From: a virus
Direction: 5' to 3' (one strand)
IMG/VR virus record: IMGVR_UViG_3300043410_000542
Coordinates: 22,258-86,257 of that record
DNA length: 64,000 nucleotides
Part shown: positions 48,971 to 58,146 of the stretch, piece by piece
Layout of the letters: the number at the start of each line of letters is the position of its first letter
Position numbering within the stretch: position 1 is the first letter of the stretch
Notes under the pieces: generated by a model
The model's database searches: none
Seen by the model: the letters and a program-made list of their open reading frames with translations, nothing else
Told to the model about the DNA's origin: nothing
Position numbers and translations under genes: made by a program

Positions 48971-50118
48971 TTACAGTAGAAGAATATAAAAAGCGTCACC
49001 TAACAGTTGTAGTTGACGAACAGCATGGCTTAGAAACTCTTACAGGTCCGAGAGGCGAACGCGGTGAGAAAGGCGACAAAGGAGATCCCGGAGAAAGTAA
49101 TATCCCAGGACCCAAAGGTGACACCGGTGAGAAGGGCGACAAAGGGGATAAAGGCGACCAAGGTATTCCTGGTATCAAGGGAGATAAAGGCGACACTGGC
49201 GACAAAGGCGACCAAGGTATTCCTGGTATCAAGGGAGATAAAGGAGACAAGGGCGACACTGGTGCAAACGGTATAAACGGAACCAACGGTAAAGACGGTC
49301 TACCTGGCGCTAAAGGAGACAAGGGCGACATGGGCCCAGTAGGCACACCCGGCGCAATGAACTATAAAGTCTATGCTCCTGGTAGAGTAACTGGTGTCAA
49401 TTCTATTGGTAGAACTATTCTAAGTACAACATTTACTAGTACAGGTAATCCAGTAATGATTATTGTAACTGGTGATGCTAACCCAACAAGTCCAGGTTAT
49501 GCTGTGTTACAACTGGCTAGAAATGGTAGTCCTATTGGCATGAAGGTGCAAGCAGAACAATTGAGTGCCAATGTCAACGTTCCTTACTGTGTACAAGTAA
49601 TTGATACTCCACCTGCAGGTACATATACTTACAGTATGCAAACTGTTACTGTTCTAGGTGGCTCATGGGACTTTGGTGAGCAAGATGGTCCTACAATGAC
49701 TATCGTAGAATTAACTGGTGCTACTGGTGCTCAAGGTCCCGCAGGTGTAGGTATTAAAGGGTTTGTATCAGGTTACGTAGATGCTGGCACGTTCCTTACA
49801 TTAGATAACATCAAAGTTTCAGTAACAACCGGTGGACAACGAGGCTTATGTATGGCTACAGTATCCGGAAACATGACTTGTAGCATATCTGCCAACTATG
49901 CCCTTGCTGGTGGTGCTAGTGGTTACGCAACTAACTACCCCGGCGCTAACTATAGCCCAACACCTAGCGGTTCATTCTTCGGTTGGAGTTTCCCCAACGC
50001 AGGTGACGGATCGACATATACTATCAACGATTACGCAAATCAAAGATGTTATAGAGTTACACTAATGATTGGTGCAGCATATAGAGCCAACTTCATCAGC
50101 ATCGAAAGATTGGCATAA
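48967..50118 (+). CDS. Collagen-like triple-helix fibre protein
   Basis: About 35 G-x-y triplets (GDKGD...); ATGA overlap start at 48967. Confidence 0.85.
   Translation: MITVEEYKKRHLTVVVDEQHGLETLTGPRGERGEKGDKGDPGESNIPGPKGDTGEKGDKGDKGDQGIPGIKGDKGDTGDKGDQGIPGIKGDKGDKGDTGANGINGTNGKDGLPGAKGDKGDMGPVGTPGAMNYKVYAPGRVTGVNSIGRTILSTTFTSTGNPVMIIVTGDANPTSPGYAVLQLARNGSPIGMKVQAEQLSANVNVPYCVQVIDTPPAGTYTYSMQTVTVLGGSWDFGEQDGPTMTIVELTGATGAQGPAGVGIKGFVSGYVDAGTFLTLDNIKVSVTTGGQRGLCMATVSGNMTCSISANYALAGGASGYATNYPGANYSPTPSGSFFGWSFPNAGDGSTYTINDYANQRCYRVTLMIGAAYRANFISIERLA
49150..49244 (+). repeat. Exact 41-bp direct repeat (54-bp period) in the collagen region
   Basis: aaaggcgaccaaggtattcctggtatcaagggagataaagg at 49150-49190 and 49204-49244. 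Confidence 0.9.
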
Positions 50119-50145
50119 AGATAAATAATAATAGGAGATATTTAA

Positions 50146-51570
50146 ATGGCAAGCAAAATACAATTAAGACGAGACACAGCACAGAATTGGTCTAACACTA
50201 ACCCAGTATTGGGTGCAGGTGAACCAGGTTTTGAAACTGACACTGGTCACTTTAAGATAGGCGATGGTAACACATATTGGAATGATTTATCATACGCCGG
50301 CGGCGCAGGCGTTGGTGGTTGTGGTCAAATTGCAATCGGTAATAACGCAGGTCAGTCATGTCAATCAAGTTATGCAGTTGCTATCGGTGACAATGCTGGT
50401 AATTGCTGCCAATGCAATAGTGCTGTTGCAATTGGTCACAACGCAGGTTACGAAAATCAAGACTTCGGCGCTGTAGCAGTTGGTCACAATGCAGGTTACT
50501 GCGGACAAGGAACACACTCAGTTGCAATCGGATATAACTCAGGTCGCTATGAACAAAATTCTCACTCAGTTGCAATCGGTATTGCATCTGGACGTTGCGG
50601 TCAAGGTGAATATTCTGTAGCAGTGGGATATCAAGCTGCTCACTGCTATCAAAGTGAAAACAGCATTGCTATCGGTAACAATGCAGGTTATTGCAATCAA
50701 GGTAATGGTAATCAATTATGGACATCAGGCGGGGCTGTCGCTGTAGGTACGGATGCAGGTAACAACCAACAAGAATATCATGCTGTTGCTGTTGGTTTAG
50801 AAGCAGGTCGTTGTAATCAGGGATTTAGTGCTGTAGCGATTGGACGCAGTGCAGGTCATTGCAGTCAAGGCAACGGTGCTGTTGCTGTTGGTAAACAAGC
50901 TGGTTATTGCAGCCAAGATTCTGACGCAGTTGCTATCGGTAACTATGCAGGTAACTATAATCAAAGTTATGCAGCAGTTGCAGTAGGTTATAATGCAGCT
51001 ACATGCTGCCAAGGTGACAACGCAGTTGCTGTGGGTTCTTACTCTGCAAGTCAATGTCAACAACAAAATGCGATTGCGATCGGTAACTATGCTGGCGCAA
51101 GTATAGATTACAATGCTAGCGGAGATAATTGGTATGACTTTTGGGTAGACGCAACATCAGGCGACGGGTCTGATAGTACAGTCAAGTTATCTGATGCAAG
51201 TAAAGTTGTACCGGGTATGGTTGTTTATAACAACGGCTGGAGCGGTGCAACTGTAGTTTCTGTAAATTACGGAACTAACGTTGTTACATTAGATTCTGCT
51301 GCAACACAGACATTGTATCCAGATAGCAATATCAACTTTGCAGGTCGTCAAGGTCAGAACTCAATCGCTATTGGTGCATTTGCATCAGTAAGATCACAAT
51401 CTCCGAACAGTATTGTTATCAACGCAACTGGTGCTGAGTTACATAGTGTAGGTTCTGGAACAACAGTTATTCAATCACTACGTCAAGTATCAGGTGGAAC
51501 TATTCCAGCTGGATTCTATCAAGTTGCTTGGAACCCAACAACAGGTGAACTAATCGTAGTTACACCATAA
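50146..51570 (+). CDS. Receptor-binding protein: Mtd-like N-terminus plus YadA-head-like 16-aa repeats
   Basis: IQLRRDT..NW...NPVLGAGEPGFETDT..FKIGDG; repeated (S/A)VA(I/V)GxxAGxxxQ. Confidence 0.8.
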   Translation: MASKIQLRRDTAQNWSNTNPVLGAGEPGFETDTGHFKIGDGNTYWNDLSYAGGAGVGGCGQIAIGNNAGQSCQSSYAVAIGDNAGNCCQCNSAVAIGHNAGYENQDFGAVAVGHNAGYCGQGTHSVAIGYNSGRYEQNSHSVAIGIASGRCGQGEYSVAVGYQAAHCYQSENSIAIGNNAGYCNQGNGNQLWTSGGAVAVGTDAGNNQQEYHAVAVGLEAGRCNQGFSAVAIGRSAGHCSQGNGAVAVGKQAGYCSQDSDAVAIGNYAGNYNQSYAAVAVGYNAATCCQGDNAVAVGSYSASQCQQQNAIAIGNYAGASIDYNASGDNWYDFWVDATSGDGSDSTVKLSDASKVVPGMVVYNNGWSGATVVSVNYGTNVVTLDSAATQTLYPDSNINFAGRQGQNSIAIGAFASVRSQSPNSIVINATGAELHSVGSGTTVIQSLRQVSGGTIPAGFYQVAWNPTTGELIVVTP

Positions 51571-51593
51571 TCTAACATTTAAAGGAAAATAAA

Positions 51594-51803
51594 ATGGCAC
51601 AATTTAATATCACAGCAACATCTGCTTCAAAGAACCAAACAGTTACTAACGCAGATACTAAAACTCGCAAGGCTTATAATAGCCCTGCAGAGTGTGCAGA
51701 CCAAGCAGCAGCGGATGCGTTAGCTACTAAGTTTGCAAGAGACTTGAATGTTGATGGATACAGTGAAGCTACTGACTGGATCGGTCAAGCTACACCAGTT
51801 TAA
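51594..51803 (+). CDS. Small hypothetical protein
   Basis: AAGGA RBS. Confidence 0.7.
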   Translation: MAQFNITATSASKNQTVTNADTKTRKAYNSPAECADQAAADALATKFARDLNVDGYSEATDWIGQATPV

Positions 51804-52036
51804 TCAGTTCTTATTTCGTTAATAATGACCGTAGCAGTTTCGGCTTCTACGGTCATATAACCTTCACAAGCGATATTCCAATCTTCGCCTGTTCTTTCAC
51901 TGTATGATGGCACGTTAATCTTCACGTGCTTTGCTAGATACTCGGTATCATTCTCAAACACACGCCATACGTGATCCATTGTACCTCTACCCTCTTGTCC
52001 CCTAGTTTTGTTGAAACGAATTAGATACTTGTTCAT
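51800..52036 (-). CDS. Small hypothetical protein
   Basis: ATGA-coupled to the oxygenase gene; YLIRFNKTRG...HVWRVFEN. Confidence 0.7.
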   Translation of the reverse strand: MNKYLIRFNKTRGQEGRGTMDHVWRVFENDTEYLAKHVKINVPSYSERTGEDWNIACEGYMTVEAETATVIINEIRTD

Positions 52037-52662
52037 AGTACAACTGCCTTTTGTTTTGGTGGCATTGATTTAACACCTAAGTTAAAGTGAACTAGTCGAG
52101 TTGGATCTAGACCTAAGTTTCTTGTAATAGAATGGGGCAACCAAGAGTTAACAAAATACATCATCCCTGGCTTTGGAACATACAATACAGTTTTACTTGC
52201 ATCAGTGATTTTATCTAAGTCAGCTTCAGGTAACGCAATTTGTCTACGAGTATAGATAGGATCGTGTAGTGCAACTTTAGAACCACCCTCAGGTGCATCT
52301 AAAAAGTAAAACCCTGAAATTTGATTGCCCTCACTGTGGATGTGTTCATCATGCCCTTGCAATTGATTGTGTTCCTGACACCACATTTCTTGAAAGAACA
52401 TTGCTTTATCAGTCATGTTGTACCCTTGATTTTTTAAAATAGCATATGCTGAATTAAGAATGAACGCATTGAATTCATATAGTTCAGGTTCGTGAAAAAA
52501 TCCCCCTGTTTGTGCTGGATACAAAAGATTTGGCTCTTTTTCTTTCTTAATCTTGTCTAAGTACGTCATTGCAATAGTGCGTACTGTTTCTAAGAATTCA
52601 GGCTTTTCGATAGCGTAGATAGTTACCGGGAAATGATTGTATGGTGTTAAAATTGCTGTCAT
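52033..52662 (-). CDS. Putative 2OG-Fe(II) oxygenase
   Basis: HIH...ISGFYFL...DP...PKPG...SWLPHSI...RLVHFN double-stranded beta-helix pattern. Confidence 0.8.
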   Translation of the reverse strand: MTAILTPYNHFPVTIYAIEKPEFLETVRTIAMTYLDKIKKEKEPNLLYPAQTGGFFHEPELYEFNAFILNSAYAILKNQGYNMTDKAMFFQEMWCQEHNQLQGHDEHIHSEGNQISGFYFLDAPEGGSKVALHDPIYTRRQIALPEADLDKITDASKTVLYVPKPGMMYFVNSWLPHSITRNLGLDPTRLVHFNLGVKSMPPKQKAVVL

Positions 52663-52744
52663 AATATACTACTTATTTCCATTTCCATCTTGTCTCACAT
52701 TTTAAATCACCGTTTTTTGATAAATATCAATAGGGAGACAACAA

Positions 52745-53494
52745 ATGCCACAAAACAAATATCATTGGACAAGAGACACTGTAGATAATAGAGACCACGT
52801 ATTCGCACCGAGACTAAGTTCTTTGCCTACATCAGTAGACTTACGTAATAACTGTTCTCCGGTTGAAGACCAAGGCGACTTGGGAAGTTGTACAGGTAAT
52901 GCTATTGCAGGTATCATGGAATACTTAGCACGTAAAGCAAGAAAGACTACTGATGTAAGTAGATTATTCATTTACTATCAAGAACGTTTACTTGAAGGTA
53001 CTGTAAATTATGATTCAGGTGCGTACATTCGTGACGGGATCAAGGCAGTAAACAAGTATGGTGTACCTACTGAAAATCTATGGCCGTATGATGTTAGAAA
53101 ATATACATACCGCCCAACACAGGCAGCTTACACAAATGCTGCAACTAGAAAAGCAGTATCATATCAAAAATGCGCTAACTTTGCAGCCGTAAAATCAGCT
53201 CTTGCTCAGGGTTACCCTGTAGTTATCGGGTTTGACGTTTATGAGAGTTTTGAAAGTGACACAGTAGCACGTACCGGTATGATGCCAATGCCTAATAAAG
53301 CACGTGAACAATTGTTAGGTGGACATGCTGTTACAATCGTAGGATATAACGATACTACACAACGTTTCATTGTTAGAAACTCGTGGGGGACAAGCTGGGG
53401 AGACCATGGATATTTCTATATGCCCTACGGTGTTATTCAGGATACTACAATGTCTAGTGATTTCTGGATAATTACTTCTATCACAAACCCTTGA
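52745..53494 (+). CDS. Papain-like cysteine peptidase (C1A)
   Basis: VDLR, DQGDLGSCTG (catalytic Cys), GGHAV (His), VRNSWGTSWGDHGYF (Asn). Confidence 0.92.
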   Translation: MPQNKYHWTRDTVDNRDHVFAPRLSSLPTSVDLRNNCSPVEDQGDLGSCTGNAIAGIMEYLARKARKTTDVSRLFIYYQERLLEGTVNYDSGAYIRDGIKAVNKYGVPTENLWPYDVRKYTYRPTQAAYTNAATRKAVSYQKCANFAAVKSALAQGYPVVIGFDVYESFESDTVARTGMMPMPNKAREQLLGGHAVTIVGYNDTTQRFIVRNSWGTSWGDHGYFYMPYGVIQDTTMSSDFWIITSITNP

Positions 53495-53527
53495 GATAAG
53501 ATAAATATCTTATTAGCGGATATTTTT

Positions 53528-56191
53528 ATGAAAATCAAACACTTACAAGAAAATTTAACCCCTGCATCAACCCCTAGCGTTAAGACTATTCCTCCTGAAT
53601 TCGGTCGTAGCAATGAAATGCTAGAATCAGGTGCAGGTACTACTGGCGCCGGAGCAGTTGCATCAGTATCAAGTCCAGTCGGTGGAATGCAACGTAGAGG
53701 TAAAGGCTCTATGTTTCAAGGTATCAAGACAAGCGCAAAATATCCTAACTCAGCCGCAGTCAAAGAAGAAGCAATGGGGACATTCGCTGCTCTTAAGGGT
53801 TTAAAGACTTGGCAAGTTGTTATTTTCAATAACTACTATGCAGGTAAGTACAGTGACTATCGTGGAAGATACTATTATGTATTAGCAACTAGCCCACAAG
53901 AAGCTAAACAAGTTGTACTAGATAATGCAGATGGCATCTTGCAAGAACTATTAGCAATGAAGTCACACAACGGTAAGAAGATTCTTCCTCGTGGCTCTGC
54001 CGTTCGTATTACATCCGACCGAATTGGTAAGATTGAAGACGGTACAGTTGCAGGTCGTATGAGTACAGCAGGCTTTAAGAAAATGTTTGGTCCACAAGGT
54101 CCTGTAATGGTTAAGCTAAGTGGCGGCGCCGTAGTTGATATGCAGGATCCAGTAGTGCAAGGTAGTGACCTTAAGACTGTAGCTAAAGCTGACTTAGGTA
54201 GTAATTCAATGAATCTACCTAGTGGTTACGGTGATGTTGTTCAACCACAAAAAGTAAGTGAAGAACATTTAGATGAAATCTTTAATCCAACATCAGGCGT
54301 TGCACGTTTTTTAAGAGCAGCGAGTGCATTTGCAGGTGATTACATTCCTGTAGCTATCGGTGCAGCAGGTACATTTGCAGCTACGACCGCGGTATTAGGT
54401 CCAGTAGCAGCGATGATGGCAAGTAGTACAGTTGGTAGTCAAATTCTACAAACAATACAAAATCAACAAAATAAAGTACCAGGTGTTATTCAACAAATGG
54501 TCGAAAAGTATTTCGGTAGTGAACAAGAAGAAGTTGAATTTGCTTTGATTCATGCAAAGGCAGCATTCTTGGGTCAGAGAGAATTTAGATGGAGAGGCCA
54601 ACAATGGCCTGTTACCCTAGAGAAAAATGCAGCAGAAGCAATTGTTGAAAAGAATGATAGATATTGGTTAGAACAACAAGCTCGTCAACAGCAGCAACCT
54701 GCATTTGCCGAAGCTAAGAAGGCTGCTAACACTAAGACGGTAAGACATGCTTTAAGTAAGCGTCCACCGGCTAAACTAAGCGACAAAGAACAAGAAAAGA
54801 AAAAATCTGAATCTGATGCAGCTTGGGAAAGACTAATGGCTTATGCTGCTGCACAGGAAAAAGAAGTAGATGAAGCCAGAGTTGGTAACAGAATGAGCGA
54901 CATTAGTGTTGGTAGTCCAAAGATTGTCAACTACAAAGGTAAAGCAGTGGGTGAAGTTGGTATTGACCACGAACCAAGTCCAGGCAATGGCCCTTATTAT
55001 TGGAAACATTATCTAACTGGTAAGTACATGGTTGGATATGATACTAAACAAGAAGCATTAGCTGACTTAAAACATCTAGTAATGCAAAATGAAGGTCAGC
55101 AAGGTGTGGCGGAAGCAGGTGAGTGGACTAAGTTACCAAATGGTAACTGGAGAAACATGCACACTGGTGCACAACAATCAACACCTCCCAAGACAAAGAA
55201 ACCTCGCAGAACAATGGGACTAAACGCTAGTTTAGAACAACATGCTGATGACAAGATGAAAGAATTAGGTCATAAGTTTAAACCTGTGAAAGAAGGTTCA
55301 GAATCAGACCGCATCCAAGCATTGTATGACAAGCTAGAACGTTTTGAAGAACGTCTAGGTTCTGATGATCCTAGAGTACAAGCACTCAAAGATGAAATTC
55401 GTGGCTTGAAAGATGAGTACAGAGTAGTTGGGCAAAACACTGCAAACTCATTGAGAGGTGTAACAGAAAACTCTATGGCTGATTTCTTTGCCAAAGCAGC
55501 ACAAGAAAAGTTTCCAAATGCTTTAGTTCGTAAGAACGGTGAGACAATTCAAGAACCACCGAAGCGTGAAGTTCCTCCAGCATTGCCGAAAACTCCGGTG
55601 GATGTTCCAGCATTGCAACAACAATTAGTAGACTTAGAAAAGAGATACGAGCAACTAGGTGGTGACTCATGGCAATATGCTGACCGCATGATGGACAGAG
55701 ACCGTGAAGCGCAGCAAGTAGGTCAACAAATTAGGTATATCAAGCAACAACTTGCTAATGCAGGAAATCAACTTGATGAGAAATCAAAGAGCCAGGCACA
55801 ATTCAGAACAATGGCAGCAGTAGCACATAATCCAAAGTTCGCTAAGAAAGTTGGTATCAAGCAATCTGTTGGTAAAGAGTTTCACAAAGCAGACAAAGGT
55901 GTAAACTATAAGTCATTGCCAAAGAAAGTAGATGAAGCTGAAATTTCAGAAGAAATGTTAGCTAGTGAACTATACAAAGATTTCCAAATCTTTAGTAAAG
56001 GCAAAGACAAAGCAATCTCGGGTAAAGCTAAAAGCAAAGACTTGTCAGGTAAACCAAAAGATAAAGAAATCATTGCTAAAGTAACTAAGATGGCAAATGA
56101 AGATAAAGATCCATGCTGGAACAGCTACAAGCAAGTCGGCATGAAGAAAAAGAATGGCAAGACAGTGCCTAACTGTGTACCTAAGAAGTAA
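53528..56191 (+). CDS. Multi-module putative internal head polyprotein
   Basis: MKIKHLQE leader; about 12 short unrelated modules bounded by [LVI]-x-E; ends with DPCWNSYKQVGMKKKNGKTVPNCVP. Confidence 0.65.
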   Translation: MKIKHLQENLTPASTPSVKTIPPEFGRSNEMLESGAGTTGAGAVASVSSPVGGMQRRGKGSMFQGIKTSAKYPNSAAVKEEAMGTFAALKGLKTWQVVIFNNYYAGKYSDYRGRYYYVLATSPQEAKQVVLDNADGILQELLAMKSHNGKKILPRGSAVRITSDRIGKIEDGTVAGRMSTAGFKKMFGPQGPVMVKLSGGAVVDMQDPVVQGSDLKTVAKADLGSNSMNLPSGYGDVVQPQKVSEEHLDEIFNPTSGVARFLRAASAFAGDYIPVAIGAAGTFAATTAVLGPVAAMMASSTVGSQILQTIQNQQNKVPGVIQQMVEKYFGSEQEEVEFALIHAKAAFLGQREFRWRGQQWPVTLEKNAAEAIVEKNDRYWLEQQARQQQQPAFAEAKKAANTKTVRHALSKRPPAKLSDKEQEKKKSESDAAWERLMAYAAAQEKEVDEARVGNRMSDISVGSPKIVNYKGKAVGEVGIDHEPSPGNGPYYWKHYLTGKYMVGYDTKQEALADLKHLVMQNEGQQGVAEAGEWTKLPNGNWRNMHTGAQQSTPPKTKKPRRTMGLNASLEQHADDKMKELGHKFKPVKEGSESDRIQALYDKLERFEERLGSDDPRVQALKDEIRGLKDEYRVVGQNTANSLRGVTENSMADFFAKAAQEKFPNALVRKNGETIQEPPKREVPPALPKTPVDVPALQQQLVDLEKRYEQLGGDSWQYADRMMDRDREAQQVGQQIRYIKQQLANAGNQLDEKSKSQAQFRTMAAVAHNPKFAKKVGIKQSVGKEFHKADKGVNYKSLPKKVDEAEISEEMLASELYKDFQIFSKGKDKAISGKAKSKDLSGKPKDKEIIAKVTKMANEDKDPCWNSYKQVGMKKKNGKTVPNCVPKK

Positions 56192-56192
56192 T

Positions 56193-57650
56193 ATGAAAAT
56201 CAGACAATTAACAGAATCAAATTTACCCGGCGCATTTAAAGGTGTCAAGGTTATGTCACCTGAAGAATTCGTAGGTGCGAGTCAAGAACCGGAAGCTGTC
56301 GAACCAGAACAAGAAGTAGAAGAAGATAAAACCTCACGTGATACAAATCGTTTGTGGCAAATGATTACTGACTATGAGCGTAGAGCTAAAATGTCAAGTA
56401 GCGACATTCGTAAGCAACACTATATGAAGATGGCTAGTGACTTACGTGCTAAGTTGCCAACTAATGACTTAGATGAAGCAACTGCATTGCCAGCGCAACA
56501 ACGTGAATTAGGTGGTCAAGAGTTTCAGGATTACATGAAGCGTATTGTCGGTGCACCTGATATTGACAAGAAGACTGGTAAAGTCAAAGTTGGTAAAGAT
56601 AAAGTTAATAAGAAGACAGGTGAAGTAACACCCGGTGAAGAAAAGTATATCAGTGGTAAAACAAAGACTGACAAGTACAAGATGCCTTATATGCATCGTT
56701 CAAGTGTTGTAACATACTATGACGAAGCAGGTAAAAGATTCCGTGAAGAGGATGTTATCAAAGCATTACAAGTACGTCCTAAGAAATTACTAAAGCAAAA
56801 CGAAAAGATGAAACATTCAAACGGTGCGTTTGAACAATTCTTTAACGTTGGCTTTGCTGCTTTGACAGGTATCGCCGTTGACGAATCTACAGGTAAACTA
56901 GTTATTGTCAACACATGTCCAGGTGCTGGCTCATGTAAAGTTGATTGCTTTGCTATGAAGGGTGGTAAAGTTCAGTTCAAGAATGCATGGTTATCAGATG
57001 GTAAGATTCTTACATATCTATTGAATGACCCAACTGGCTTCTTCAATCAACTAAGTGCTGAAATTTCCGCAGAAGAAAAAGCAGGACAAAAGGGTGACAA
57101 GAAGTTCCCTAATGGTTGGAATGTAACTATTCGTTGGCATGACGCAGGCGACTTCTTTAGTCCAGAGTACTTAGACTTAGCATTGAAGATGGCTGCAAAG
57201 CATCCTAACACTAAGTTCTATGCGTACACTAAGATGGCAGGAGCAGCACTAGCAAAGAAGCCAGCGAACTTCATTATCAACTGGTCAGAAGGTGCTCATA
57301 CTTCACAAGAGAAACAAGTCAAGGCTGCTGATCCTAACTTAGATACAACTAAGAATAGTCGTATCGTTCCAGATAACATGTTCCAAGACTTGTTAGTTAA
57401 AGACCAGAAGGGTAATCTAGTTAAGGGAGCTGCGGGTCAATGGCAAGTTCAACCAGATAAACTACCTGAACTAAAACAACGACTAGCAAAAGCATATCAG
57501 ATTAGCCCAAATAGTATTTTGAGTTATGACGAGTACACAAGTAAGCCTAAAGTTCAAGGTATGAAGTACAACGTTATTGTTGCTCCTGGTGAGGGTGACA
57601 TTAGTGCTAACGATACTAATGTTTTAAGCACATTGTTATTGAGACACTAA
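56193..57650 (+). CDS. Modular protein with C-terminal GP88-like (radical-SAM-related) domain
   Basis: Start at ATG 56193 (MKIRQLTE); TCPGAGSCKVDCFA, IRWHDAGDF, FYAYTK. Confidence 0.7.
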   Translation: MKIRQLTESNLPGAFKGVKVMSPEEFVGASQEPEAVEPEQEVEEDKTSRDTNRLWQMITDYERRAKMSSSDIRKQHYMKMASDLRAKLPTNDLDEATALPAQQRELGGQEFQDYMKRIVGAPDIDKKTGKVKVGKDKVNKKTGEVTPGEEKYISGKTKTDKYKMPYMHRSSVVTYYDEAGKRFREEDVIKALQVRPKKLLKQNEKMKHSNGAFEQFFNVGFAALTGIAVDESTGKLVIVNTCPGAGSCKVDCFAMKGGKVQFKNAWLSDGKILTYLLNDPTGFFNQLSAEISAEEKAGQKGDKKFPNGWNVTIRWHDAGDFFSPEYLDLALKMAAKHPNTKFYAYTKMAGAALAKKPANFIINWSEGAHTSQEKQVKAADPNLDTTKNSRIVPDNMFQDLLVKDQKGNLVKGAAGQWQVQPDKLPELKQRLAKAYQISPNSILSYDEYTSKPKVQGMKYNVIVAPGEGDISANDTNVLSTLLLRH

Positions 57651-57705
57651 ATATGGATAGAACAACATTTGAATTCTATCTAAGATATAAGGGAAATCCA
57701 CCAAA

Positions 57706-58146
57706 ATGCTCTCAGACAGCTTAAAGACATTATTAGCAAGCACACAATCGTTTGCAATCAAATCACAGAACTTTCACTGGAACGTTGAAGGTTCTGATTT
57801 CCCACAATATCACGCATTCTTTGATACACTATACAGTGATGTAGCCGGCACAATCGACCAGATTGCTGAGTACGTAAGAATCTTAGGTGCTTATACACCG
57901 GGCAGTCTAACTCGCTATGCTGAGTTATCTATCATTCAAGACCAAACAAAGATTCCACGTGCTGAATTGATGTTTGCTGAATCATTGCAGGACTGTGAAA
58001 CGATGATTCAGTTAGTGGTTGATATGTTTGACCAAGCAACACAAGAACGTCAGCAAGGTATTGCTAACTATATGGCTGAGTTGCAAGACTTGTATGCTAA
58101 GAAAGCATGGTTCATTCGTTCTATTCTAAAGAAAGAACGTGAGTAA
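57706..58146 (+). CDS. dps: Dps ferritin-like DNA-protection protein
   Basis: KSQNFHWNVEGSDFPQYHAFFD, IDQIAEYVRILG, KKAWFIRS. Confidence 0.9.
   Translation: MLSDSLKTLLASTQSFAIKSQNFHWNVEGSDFPQYHAFFDTLYSDVAGTIDQIAEYVRILGAYTPGSLTRYAELSIIQDQTKIPRAELMFAESLQDCETMIQLVVDMFDQATQERQQGIANYMAELQDLYAKKAWFIRSILKKERE

Noticed and set aside
49030-51100. Periodic DNA repeats as a possible CRISPR array
   Set aside because: They are in-frame collagen and beta-roll coding repeats, with no constant repeat/unique spacer structure and no cas genes.
47486-51570. Diversity-generating retroelement suggested by Mtd-like N-termini
   Set aside because: No reverse transcriptase and no template/variable repeat pair with adenine-specific mismatches seen here; it could exist elsewhere in the genome.
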